A stretch of 64,000 nt of DNA, taken from positions 26,607 to 90,606 of the forward strand of contig CAZMOW010000001.1 of assembly GCA_964567975.1 (NCBI GenBank). Reading direction: 5' to 3'. Each line of letters opens with the position of its first letter. The stretch's first letter is position 1. This document shows positions 55,891 to 64,000 of the stretch, piece after piece. The notes beneath the pieces were generated by a model, which ran no database searches, had not been told where the DNA came from, and saw nothing but the letters and a program-made list of their open reading frames with translations. The stretch is from an uncultured Anaerolineales bacterium. Lineage in GTDB: Bacteria; Chloroflexota; Anaerolineae; UBA1429. A program made the translations under genes and the position numbers.

Positions 55891-55969
55891 CTTTCCTGGT
55901 GTTCAGATTCCCAGAAAGGGGCGAGGGTCCGGCCTCCCTCCAATTTAACCGTCTATACAAGGAGGTAAC

Positions 55970-57355
55970 ATGTTAGAGTTTAGCAAGAAAAGCAACACAC
56001 TGGAACAAACAGAATACGAGTACGCTCTACAGGATGTCGAAGAACCGCATCTTTACAGACAATTGTACGAGTACGACAGCGTCCCCAAGGTTCCCTTCAA
56101 TCACCGTCATGTGCCCATGCGACCGGCTGACGAGATGTGGATCACGGACACGACCTTTCGCGATGGGCAACAGGCCCGCTCTCCCTACACAGTAGAGCAG
56201 ATCGTCCAGCTCTACAAATTCCTGCATGAACTGGGCGGCCCCAAAGGGATTATTCGTCAGAGCGAGTTCTTTTTATACAGTGCGACGGACCGCGAAGCCA
56301 TAGAACGTTGTCGTGAGTTGGGCTACGAATACCCCGAGATCACGGGCTGGATCCGCGCTCATCCCAAAGATTTTAAATTGGCCAAGGACATGGGCATCGA
56401 GGAAACGGGCATCCTTGCCAGCTGCTCCGACTACCACATCTTTAAGAAACTTCAAATGAGCCGGCGAGAGGCCATGGACCAATTTCTCGGCATCGTAAAG
56501 GATACGTTGGTCACGGGCATTCGCCCAAGGGTGCATCTGGAGGATATAACCCGAGCCGACTTCTATGGCTTTGTGCTCCCCTTTGCCCTGGAACTGTACA
56601 AGCTGTCCCAAGAGAGCGGAATCCCCATCAAGCTTCGCGCCTGCGACACCCTGGGACTGGGAATAAGTTATCCCGGCGTCGCACTGCCCCGCAGCGTACC
56701 CGGCATCGCTTATGGTCTGTGGCACTATGCGCGATTCCCCGGCGAGCTCCTCGAGTGGCACGGACACAACGACTTTTACAAAGCGGTGAATAACGCGGGT
56801 ACGGCCTGGCTCTACGGCATCTCCGCCGTCAACGGCACCCTCCTGGGCATCGGTGAGCGCACGGGCAACACCCCCATAGAGGCCATGGTCATGGAATATG
56901 CCGCCTTGCGCGGCACCCTGGATGGCATGAACCCTGACGTCATCAGTGAGATCGGCGATTACTACCGGGAGGAACTGGACTACGATCTTCCTCCCATGAC
57001 GCCACTGGTGGGCGAGGACTTTAATACCACGCGAGCGGGCATCCACGCCGACGGGCTACTCAAGGATAGGGAGGTATATACCACTTTTGACGCCGAAAAG
57101 ATACTCAATCGCCCACCTCGTGTACTGATCAATCAGAACTCGGGGGCTGCTGGCCTACTCCACTGGATCGAAAAGCACTACGATATCGTCAGCAACAACG
57201 GATTGAACAAACGCGATCCGCGCCTGCAACCCATCCTTAACTGGATCCAGGAAGAATACGATAACGGCCGCGTTACCGCCATCGGCGACGAGGAGCTGGG
57301 CCGAACCCTTCAGAAACTCGCTCCCAAGCTATACACGGAATTGACGACAAACTGA
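55970..57355 (+). CDS. IPMS/homocitrate-synthase-family DRE-TIM aldolase (possible Re-citrate synthase)
   Basis: ITDTTFRDGQQA and WHGHNDFYKAVNNAG are metal-binding motifs. The 461-aa length and the N-terminal extension resemble the Re-citrate synthase branch described in Clostridium kluyveri and Dehalococcoides. Confidence 0.7.
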   Translation: MLEFSKKSNTLEQTEYEYALQDVEEPHLYRQLYEYDSVPKVPFNHRHVPMRPADEMWITDTTFRDGQQARSPYTVEQIVQLYKFLHELGGPKGIIRQSEFFLYSATDREAIERCRELGYEYPEITGWIRAHPKDFKLAKDMGIEETGILASCSDYHIFKKLQMSRREAMDQFLGIVKDTLVTGIRPRVHLEDITRADFYGFVLPFALELYKLSQESGIPIKLRACDTLGLGISYPGVALPRSVPGIAYGLWHYARFPGELLEWHGHNDFYKAVNNAGTAWLYGISAVNGTLLGIGERTGNTPIEAMVMEYAALRGTLDGMNPDVISEIGDYYREELDYDLPPMTPLVGEDFNTTRAGIHADGLLKDREVYTTFDAEKILNRPPRVLINQNSGAAGLLHWIEKHYDIVSNNGLNKRDPRLQPILNWIQEEYDNGRVTAIGDEELGRTLQKLAPKLYTELTTN

Positions 57356-57374
57356 GAGACGACTTGAGATCCAA

Positions 57375-57400
57375 GGCAAGGGGCAGCGTCGCCCCTTGCC
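57375..57400. terminator. bidirectional hairpin between convergent genes
   Basis: It has a perfect 10-bp stem, GGCAAGGGGC/GCCCCTTGCC, with a 6-nt loop. There is no clear U-tract. Confidence 0.45.
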
Positions 57401-57403
57401 ACC

Positions 57404-58405
57404 TCAGCTCATCTTTATCTCATAAGCCTTTTCCGCTAGGTCTACCAACGCTTCATACCCCCACGCCCCCATGTCATTCACTTGATGCGCAAGATCTTGA
57501 GGAATGGCCTCCAATTCCACTCGCGCACCGCTGATGGCTCCAGCCATGGCTGCGGTGGTATCCACGTCACCCCCCACGGCGATGGCCGTGCAGATGGTCT
57601 CCCAGTAGTCGTCCGGTGTGCGCAAAAAGGAATATAGACTCCAAAGCACGCTGGGAATGACAAAGGGCGATATCCCCCGCCATCCATCCTCATATCCTGG
57701 ATCTTTTCCTGCAGGGGCGATGCATTCCGCCGCCTGGGCCGGAGACAGGGAGACCCACCGATTCAGCTTCATCACATAATCCGCAAACGACGCCTCCAGA
57801 GGCCTCATCCACTCACCAAGTTGCGCAACAAACTCCTCCACCACGATCTCTCTTTCTCGCAAGGCAAGGTTGACCGCACCAGCGATGGCCACCGCCCCAG
57901 CAGAACAGCGCGGATCCCGATGCGTGATGATGCCCTGCTTCTTGGCCACCTTCACAAGGCGATCCACGTCGTCGTAGCATATCAACCCCACGGGGCCCGC
58001 TCGCATGGCGCTGCCATTACCCGCCGAGGGGGATGGCTCTCCCGATTCTCTCCAGGACACGCTCTGAATGAGCCGTTGAGCCGCCCGGGTCGTCGCCATG
58101 CCCCTCCCCACGACACGCTGCTCCTCAAAGATCGCCGCGATGCGTCGCGCGTAATCCTCCACGTCAAACTCTCCACAGGCCACGTAACTCTGCAAGAGTT
58201 CGCGCGCGAGCTGGGAATCGTCCGTGTACTGGCCAACCGGGAATCCCCCACGTCCCACCTCGCCGGCCCGCCCCGCGCGCAGCATCTCATCCACATAGCG
58301 CTCACACGTGTCGGGGCCCTCACCCTCCACGGGAAAGCCGAGAGCATCGCCCAGACACTGCCCGATCAAGCAGCCACTGAACCGTGTAGAACTTGCTGTA
58401 AACAT
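57404..58405 (-). CDS. ADP-ribosylglycohydrolase family protein
   Basis: GCLIGQCLGDALGFPVEG, TDDSQLA and the C-terminal GGDVDTTAAMAGAISGA are ARH-family motifs. I prefer the ATG at 58405, after AAGGAG. Confidence 0.85.
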   Translation of the reverse strand: MFTASSTRFSGCLIGQCLGDALGFPVEGEGPDTCERYVDEMLRAGRAGEVGRGGFPVGQYTDDSQLARELLQSYVACGEFDVEDYARRIAAIFEEQRVVGRGMATTRAAQRLIQSVSWRESGEPSPSAGNGSAMRAGPVGLICYDDVDRLVKVAKKQGIITHRDPRCSAGAVAIAGAVNLALREREIVVEEFVAQLGEWMRPLEASFADYVMKLNRWVSLSPAQAAECIAPAGKDPGYEDGWRGISPFVIPSVLWSLYSFLRTPDDYWETICTAIAVGGDVDTTAAMAGAISGARVELEAIPQDLAHQVNDMGAWGYEALVDLAEKAYEIKMS

Positions 58406-58456
58406 AAACTCCTTTCCAGCATCCTCGTTCGTTTTACCCAAGATTGTTGCGAGTCA

Positions 58457-59380
58457 TCAAGAATCAGACGCTCCAAGGGCAGGGGTTTTCCCCTTTGCGG
58501 CCCATTCTGCCAGGCCGATGGCCCCCAGAACGCCGGAGCGCCCACCCAACGCCGCGGGCACGATGTATTCGTCGATTTTTTCCATTATCTGTGGAACCTG
58601 CACATACCCGTTGAGCAGTTCTTGAACCTTTCTACGCATTATGGGAAACAAGTGTCGCTGCTGCATCACCCCTCCCCCCATGACGATACGCTGAGGCGCC
58701 AGGGGGAGGATTAAATTGGTCAATCCAAGGGCCAGATAATGGGCCTCCAGTTCCCAGGCAGAGTGTTCAGGAGGCAGTGTCTCACCCCGTTCCCCCCACC
58801 GCTCCTCGATGGCCGGGCCGGAGGCCAGTCCTTCGAGACAATCGCCGTGATAGGGACAGTTTCCCACATAAGGATCGCGCTGCCTATCGTGGGGCACCCG
58901 AATATGCCCCATCTCGGGATGCATCATCCCGTGAATCAACCCCCCATTCACCATCCCTCCGCCGCCGATGCCCGTCCCCACGGTCAGATAGATAAAGGTA
59001 TCCAACCCCTGCGCAGCTCCCCAGCGATGCTCGCCAAAGGCAGCCACATTGACGTCCGTATCAAAGGCCACCGGCACATTCAACGCCCTATGTACTGCCC
59101 CGCCAAAGTCCGTATCCACCCAGCCGGGTTTGGGGGTCGTGGTCACATAACCAAAGGTGGACGAGTGAGGATTGGGGTCGATGGGGCCAAAGGAAGCGAT
59201 ACCCACAGCCGCCAACGCCTCCTTCCCCCCTTGTTTACGAAAAAAATCCACGGCTGGCCCGATAGACTCCTCCGGAGCTCTTGTGGGAAAGCGCACCTGA
59301 GCGCGAATATCATCGGGGCCAGTACCCACAGCGCAGACAAATTTTGTGCCGCCCGCCTCAATCCCTCCATAAAGCGACAA
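58457..59380 (-). CDS. ROK-family sugar kinase (fructokinase/Mak-like)
   Basis: It has [16 protein letters not shown] and ROK Zn/sugar motifs (GHIRVPHD...[10 protein letters not shown]). I moved the start to the TTG at 59380, after an AAGGGAG SD. The track N-terminal extension has no family signal. Confidence 0.8.
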   Translation of the reverse strand: MSLYGGIEAGGTKFVCAVGTGPDDIRAQVRFPTRAPEESIGPAVDFFRKQGGKEALAAVGIASFGPIDPNPHSSTFGYVTTTPKPGWVDTDFGGAVHRALNVPVAFDTDVNVAAFGEHRWGAAQGLDTFIYLTVGTGIGGGGMVNGGLIHGMMHPEMGHIRVPHDRQRDPYVGNCPYHGDCLEGLASGPAIEERWGERGETLPPEHSAWELEAHYLALGLTNLILPLAPQRIVMGGGVMQQRHLFPIMRRKVQELLNGYVQVPQIMEKIDEYIVPAALGGRSGVLGAIGLAEWAAKGKTPALGASDS

Positions 59381-59459
59381 AGTAGACTCCCTTCTCCATA
59401 AAATATACCCGTCCGTGCTCGAATATACTCGTAATCTACAGATCGGCCGAACATCCCAT

Positions 59460-61862
59460 CTATAAATCGAGAGCGTCCATATCCGCCAGATAATCCCGTT
59501 CCCTGGGGGAACGCCGGATGATGATTCCCCTGTTTCCATCCACCTCCACGCGCTTCCCCTCCCGCAGTTCATCCGTAGCCCCCTGCACACCAAAAACTGC
59601 GGGTAGACCATATTCGCGTGCCAGGACACCGGCGTGATCCAGCAGTCCGCCTTCTTCAGCGACCACCGAAGAGATGATGTTGAAGAGAGGACTCAGAGCA
59701 AAGAGCAACTCATGACACACCAGGACGTCACCAGGGCGAACTTTGCTGGCCTCCCCCAACGTATTCACGATACGCACGGGCCCCTGAGCCACGCCTGGCG
59801 AGACCGCCTGACCACAAAGGGCGTTATCGGGAACCGCATTGGTCTCGCCCGCTGTTCGATCCTCGCCCGCCATCTTCTTAGAAGGGGCATATCTTCTCCA
59901 ACGCCGAAAAGTCTCCTTACGTCGGGAGACGGCACGCACGAGTTCATCAGTATTGAGACTGCCCTCCAACCAGTTAAGGATCTCGAGACTGCTCAGCAAA
60001 CGGACATTTTCCCAGGAGGTGATTGCCCCCCACACATACAGACGGCGTCCCACCTCGCGCACTATATCCCGTTCCAGTAAGCGACACAGAATGACAGCAT
60101 CGCGGCAGTCGGCGACCAACACCCTGTACGTGCGTGCCATCTCCATTAACTTGGCATAGATCGCTCCACGCACTCGCCCCAATCGTCGCAGGATATCCCG
60201 CTCCATCCGATCCCTGTCCGCCTCGCGTTGCGCGTCTTGTTCGCTCAGCGACGGCTCATCCTCCTTGCCCAACGCCGAGAAGCGAGCCCAGGCCGCTTCC
60301 CTGTTCGCCTTAATGTCACAGATATCCTGCCACCCGGCCAGGGGCTTGCCAGGTACAAACAGATGACGACAAGTACGAAAAAAAGTCTCAAAAGCCTCCT
60401 CGCGTTCGTCGACATGAGCATACTCTGCGTGTACCAGATCGGCAAGTTCCTCCTCCGCCCTGGTACGCCGATCATTGGGCGTCCACGCGAGATCGCTGCA
60501 ATCGAGGGACTCATCCAACCACCATTCGTGAACCCGGCATACGATATCAAAAAGTACATCGTCAACATCGCCAAGTTTCCCGCGCTGGCCCCAAAAGCGC
60601 TCGTGAAGGGTCATCACCTCCCGCAGCTGCGCCGCCAGCCCCGCCGGGGAAAGGGTCGCTAGATCTCGCCCGTTCAATGCCTCCAAACGAGGTCGTTTCT
60701 CCTGATCAAGCGCCTCATATTCATGGCCAAGACCGTGGGCCACATATAGACAGCGCAGAATGTATAACGGCGTCTTTATCGGCCCCTCTTTCTGACGCAT
60801 AATGTCGGGGAAAAGGTAGCGTCGCTCATATAGATAGCCGCAGAGGTAAAATTCGTCGCGATCGGAAGAGTCATGAAAAAGGGAGTTTACCTCCCGAAAA
60901 TGAACGGCATTCAAGCGCGGACTGCGACTGCGATGGTACCATGAAAAGGGAGATAGGGCTCGAGGATCGTGATCGGGAGGAGAAACCAACTCCAGCGTCT
61001 CTCCATCCGCTCCCACATCCCCACCATGTAGTGGCATATAAGGAGGACTCTCGGTAACAGGCCGCACCCGCAGGAAACAGAGCCGATCCCCCGCATCTAC
61101 CGCCCACTCGATAGCCTGATAGGCATGCCAGTGCTCGTCCAGCAGCATCCCAAACTCGCGCAACCTTCCCCCAAAGCGCACTTTTTCCTTCCCCTCCGCA
61201 TAGGGCTCCAGCCGATACACGCCCGCTTGGGGGCCACTTTGGATTTCAAGAACGAAAACGTCTGCGTCGCCAGTAATGGGATCCACCGTAAGAAGCACAC
61301 CCTCGGAGAGGGGGTGAATCATAGGTTGAAGGATGACAGCCATGGAAGAGTTAAGCAAATCCACATCAAAGTGCCGCGCATACGATAACGCCTTGGCGCT
61401 GAAAAGGGACTTCCAACAACCTATCACGGCCTCGACAAGATCCTCCTCGTTATCCACATCCAGATAGGTGGCATGCTGACCCACAAAGCTCTGGCGGGGA
61501 CTATCCTCGTTCGTGGCGGAGGAGCGGACGGCCACGGGCTCTCTTCCCAGGGCTCGCCAGACCTGATAGATCACCCCCACAACCTCGTCAGGCACTCGTC
61601 GCGCACGAAAGGCGGACTCGATAGCCCACTCTGCCGCCTGAAAATGCGTGAGGGTGGAGGGCTGCATCGTCGCCAGGATGGTAGAGACCTCCCCCTGCAA
61701 TCCGCCCTGCCGCATAAAGCGCTGATAAAGCTCCGTGGACAACGCCACACCCGGCAGGACAGGACAGTGTAATCGCGCCGCCTCTCCTAGGCGGGCGGCC
61801 TTTCCTCCATACGCGATCACGTCCTGCAGCGATATCTCCCTCAACCTACGATAAAGAGCCAT
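59460..61862 (-). CDS. PEP-utilising phosphotransferase of the PpsA/rifampin-phosphotransferase-like architecture
   Basis: The N-terminus is a PPDK_N ATP-grasp ([10 protein letters not shown]...[23 protein letters not shown]). The C-terminus is a swivel phosphohistidine domain ([22 protein letters not shown]). There is no PEP/pyruvate TIM-barrel domain. Confidence 0.75.
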   Translation of the reverse strand: MALYRRLREISLQDVIAYGGKAARLGEAARLHCPVLPGVALSTELYQRFMRQGGLQGEVSTILATMQPSTLTHFQAAEWAIESAFRARRVPDEVVGVIYQVWRALGREPVAVRSSATNEDSPRQSFVGQHATYLDVDNEEDLVEAVIGCWKSLFSAKALSYARHFDVDLLNSSMAVILQPMIHPLSEGVLLTVDPITGDADVFVLEIQSGPQAGVYRLEPYAEGKEKVRFGGRLREFGMLLDEHWHAYQAIEWAVDAGDRLCFLRVRPVTESPPYMPLHGGDVGADGETLELVSPPDHDPRALSPFSWYHRSRSPRLNAVHFREVNSLFHDSSDRDEFYLCGYLYERRYLFPDIMRQKEGPIKTPLYILRCLYVAHGLGHEYEALDQEKRPRLEALNGRDLATLSPAGLAAQLREVMTLHERFWGQRGKLGDVDDVLFDIVCRVHEWWLDESLDCSDLAWTPNDRRTRAEEELADLVHAEYAHVDEREEAFETFFRTCRHLFVPGKPLAGWQDICDIKANREAAWARFSALGKEDEPSLSEQDAQREADRDRMERDILRRLGRVRGAIYAKLMEMARTYRVLVADCRDAVILCRLLERDIVREVGRRLYVWGAITSWENVRLLSSLEILNWLEGSLNTDELVRAVSRRKETFRRWRRYAPSKKMAGEDRTAGETNAVPDNALCGQAVSPGVAQGPVRIVNTLGEASKVRPGDVLVCHELLFALSPLFNIISSVVAEEGGLLDHAGVLAREYGLPAVFGVQGATDELREGKRVEVDGNRGIIIRRSPRERDYLADMDALDL

Positions 61863-61885
61863 ACTCCTCCTTCATAAGAAGAATT

Positions 61886-63769
61886 TCACGCAAACAGGAC
61901 GTACTGTTTCAAGAACTCTTCTAGCGATTGGTAAAAGGACTCGATAGTCTCCGCCTTTCGCCAGCCATGTCCCTCACCCGAATAGAGATGATACTCGTGT
62001 GGCACATCATTGCGACGCAGAGCCTCCACAATCGACTCCGCCTGCTCGACGGGCACGACGCGATCCTCCTCCCCCTGGAAAATGGCCACGGGATCCTCTA
62101 TCTGATCGGCGTGAAAGATGGGCGAACGCTCCCGATAGCGATGGGCCGTCTCCGGCAGTGGCCCTATCAAAGAATCCAGATAGTGCTGCTCGAATTTGTG
62201 GGTATCCGTCGCCAATGTGAAAAGGTTGGTCACCCCATACAGACACACACCTGCCTTGAACGTTCCCGGGTAGCGGATGAGGGCCTGCAGTACGGTGTAG
62301 CCCCCCGCGCTTCCCCCCATGATGACCAATCTCTCCTCGTCCACCAAACCGCGCTCCGCCAGGTGGCGCGCACCGCTGACGGCATCGTCCACATCCACGA
62401 TGCCCCACTGCCCACGCAAAGCGTTGCGATACTCGCGTCCGTAACCACTACTACCACGATAGTTCAACTCGAGAACGGCATAGCCCCGTGTGGCAAGAAA
62501 CTGAACCTGAGAAGAGTACTCGGCGAGGGCCTGAGACGTGGGGCCACCATGCACGATCACGATAAGCGGGGGCTTTCCTCCACTATCATAGCGATCCCCC
62601 TGTGGCTTGTATAAAAGCCCATGAACGCGGCCGGCCTGCTCCGTTTTCCACGAGATAGGCTGCGCTTCGTTCAAAATGTCTCGAGGGGTCGTTTCAGTAT
62701 CCGCATGGGCGACGATGCGCACATCCTCGGAGACGGGATCATACACCAGCACCCGAGGAGGAATCCTGGCACTCGAGGCGATGACGGCCATGTTCCCGGC
62801 AGAAGAGATAGCTACCTGAGACGTGTACGTATAAGAGGACAAAGCCTCGACAGGTGCCGTCTCCCCCGTCTCCACATCCACCGACCACAGGCCAAATATG
62901 CCCTCTCGATTCCGAGAGTAATAGACCTCTTCACCCTTGGGACCCCAGTCATAAGTGCGCATCCCCTGTGCCCAGGCCGGCTTGGCCAGCTCGGCCTCGG
63001 CCGACACAAGGGAAGAAATCTCTCCAGTCTCTACATCGTATAGGTGCAGATTGTACCATCCAGTGACATCAGAGACATAAGAGAGATAACGCCCGTCAGG
63101 AGAAAAAGCGGGCTGAAAGACGGAAACGTCCCCCCCTCCTGCCACGACAGCCTTTTTCCCTAAAATGAGGGCTTTATCTCCCTCCTTTAGCGTCGCCATA
63201 TTCAGCGCGGAACCATCCCACGGCATCTGCGGGTGATCCCACGAGATCCAGGCGATACGATCTCCTCCTGGATGCCAGACGGGTTGCATATAAAAATCCT
63301 CCCCCTGTACGAGCCTTTGGGGCCACATTCGCCCCTCCACATCCACGACGGCCAGACAGTCCTCCTCTTCATACGTATGCACAAAGAGCACCCACCTGCC
63401 GTTAGGAGATACCTGAGGAGAAGCCACGTGACCAAATCCCGGGGTGATGGCTTCGGATTGCCCCACACGAAGGGGCTTCCGATATATGCGCCCCTCAGAG
63501 CAAAAGTAGACCTGTCCGTGGGAGACGGTCATATCCCCTCCCCCATAACCCACCCGCGCGCGCACCGACCGCGCGGACGTGAGATCCCTGGGAGCGTGGC
63601 CGTCGAGAAAACGGCAGACCAGAACCCCACGATCCGAGCGCTCCTCCAGCCAGACCAGACACTCTTCCCCCGTATCCCACGCTACGTCGCGCAGACGCTC
63701 GCTTTGCGCCACACGGGCAGGTGTTATGGGACTGGGCCACAGACCATAAGGTAGGGATTCTCTAGACAC
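61886..63769 (-). CDS. S9-family serine peptidase (acylaminoacyl-peptidase/prolyl oligopeptidase type)
   Basis: The N-terminal half is a beta-propeller. The C-terminal hydrolase has the nucleophile GGSAGGYT and the GEEDRVVP/GEGHGW acid/His blocks. I moved the start to the GTG at 63769, after a GGAGGAGG SD. Confidence 0.88.
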   Translation of the reverse strand: MSRESLPYGLWPSPITPARVAQSERLRDVAWDTGEECLVWLEERSDRGVLVCRFLDGHAPRDLTSARSVRARVGYGGGDMTVSHGQVYFCSEGRIYRKPLRVGQSEAITPGFGHVASPQVSPNGRWVLFVHTYEEEDCLAVVDVEGRMWPQRLVQGEDFYMQPVWHPGGDRIAWISWDHPQMPWDGSALNMATLKEGDKALILGKKAVVAGGGDVSVFQPAFSPDGRYLSYVSDVTGWYNLHLYDVETGEISSLVSAEAELAKPAWAQGMRTYDWGPKGEEVYYSRNREGIFGLWSVDVETGETAPVEALSSYTYTSQVAISSAGNMAVIASSARIPPRVLVYDPVSEDVRIVAHADTETTPRDILNEAQPISWKTEQAGRVHGLLYKPQGDRYDSGGKPPLIVIVHGGPTSQALAEYSSQVQFLATRGYAVLELNYRGSSGYGREYRNALRGQWGIVDVDDAVSGARHLAERGLVDEERLVIMGGSAGGYTVLQALIRYPGTFKAGVCLYGVTNLFTLATDTHKFEQHYLDSLIGPLPETAHRYRERSPIFHADQIEDPVAIFQGEEDRVVPVEQAESIVEALRRNDVPHEYHLYSGEGHGWRKAETIESFYQSLEEFLKQYVLFA

Positions 63770-63814
63770 GATGCCTCCTCCTAAACTTGATCCAATACGA
63801 ATTATCCGTGCCAC

Positions 63815-63842
63815 TTGACACCCTATCGGCAAGCAATATACT
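63815..63842 (+). promoter_or_regulatory. sigma70-type promoter of the ferredoxin gene
   Basis: TTGACA (63815-63820), 16-nt spacer, TATACT (63837-63842). Confidence 0.5.
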
Positions 63843-63917
63843 AGTCGAAGGTGTAGTTAAGTAGACGGTACACAGTAGCTTACGTCTATAGTTTACCAGT
63901 ATTTGGAGGTAGATACA

Positions 63918-64000
63918 ATGGCCTACATGATCAGTGACGAATGCATAGCCTGCGGTGCATGTGAGATGGAATGCCCCAACGAGGCCATCTCTGAGGGGGA
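63918..64000 (+). CDS. 4Fe-4S ferredoxin, N-terminal part (runs off the right edge)
   Basis: My own translation after a GGAGG SD gives MAYMISDECIACGACEMECPNEAISEG, which contains a CxxCxxCxxxCP cluster motif. Confidence 0.8.
   Translation, partial: MAYMISDECIACGACEMECPNEAISEG

Noticed and set aside
58457-59629. N-terminal extensions offered by the ORF track. These are ROK kinase to 59629, bactofilin to 22959, phosphatidyltransferase to 12290, DUF58 from 15143, GNAT from 19836, S9 peptidase to 63832 and ARH to 58441.
   Set aside because: The extensions overlap neighbouring genes or promoters and have Arg/Cys/Trp-rich composition. In each case they end just before an internal start codon with a good Shine-Dalgarno, where family homology begins.
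1-64000. CRISPR arrays, tRNA/rRNA/tmRNA/RNase P/SRP RNA genes, transposases, integrases, inteins, reverse transcriptases and prophage blocks.
   Set aside because: I saw no direct-repeat/spacer periodicity in any intergenic region. I found no GGTTCGAATCC-type T-arm or CCA-ending cloverleaf, no GAGGAAAGTCC or GGAAGCAGCC cores, and no recombinase-like ORF. Manual scanning cannot exclude short or degenerate elements.

Overview
Densely packed bacterial chromosomal window, moderately GC-rich by eye, with strong Shine-Dalgarno sites and many near-consensus TTGACA -35 boxes. I count about 57 protein-coding genes. I found no rRNA, tRNA, CRISPR array, transposase, integrase or prophage block. The gene content includes isopentenyl phosphate kinase, a core-type (C-terminal-domain-only) MetE, an IPMS/homocitrate-synthase-family enzyme of the Re-citrate-synthase type, Rex, bactofilin and MoxR/DUF58/transglutaminase modules. 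That mix suggests a Chloroflexota-like Terrabacterium, but this is inference only. Left to right: (1) a phosphohexomutase/sugar-epimerase pair. (2) A minus-strand activated-methyl-cycle operon (core-MetE, PfkB kinase, AhcY, MetK) behind what I read as a SAM-I riboswitch with its own promoter and terminator. (3) A membrane-anchored Hjc-like nuclease coupled to a P-loop protein. (4) A sugar-acid dehydratase followed by an 874-aa membrane-anchored coiled-coil protein. (5) pfkA, a TIM-barrel isomerase, a tandem RNase H and a CDP-alcohol phosphatidyltransferase. (6) Two paralogous MoxR/DUF58/DUF4129 modules separated by rex, a GNAT, a holin-like protein and a bactofilin/pseudo-HAD pair. The second module continues into a RarA-methyltransferase fusion, RadC and DUF4416. 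(7) RNase Z, IPK, an RseP-like protease, a HEAT protein and acylphosphatase. (8) Lon plus an overlapping PHP-AlbA_2 fusion gene. (9) DUF89 and a NifX-like protein, then a lipoprotein/GT2/GT2/zincin operon. (10) rpoC standing alone without rpoB, carrying a charged insertion, a long leader and a tightly coupled PBP1A gene. (11) trxA, an FmdB zinc ribbon, an AraM-type G1P dehydrogenase, and a leader-regulated IPMS-family gene. (12) An S9 peptidase, an RPH-like phosphotransferase, a ROK kinase and an ADP-ribosylglycohydrolase cluster. I see no canonical defence island. The best candidates for undescribed biology are the orphan structured leader at 55.7-56.0 kb, the Lon/PHP-AlbA_2 pair, the split MoxR/DUF58/DUF4129 system with the RarA-MTase fusion, and the stand-alone rpoC locus. 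All family assignments rest on motif recognition by eye, with no database search.
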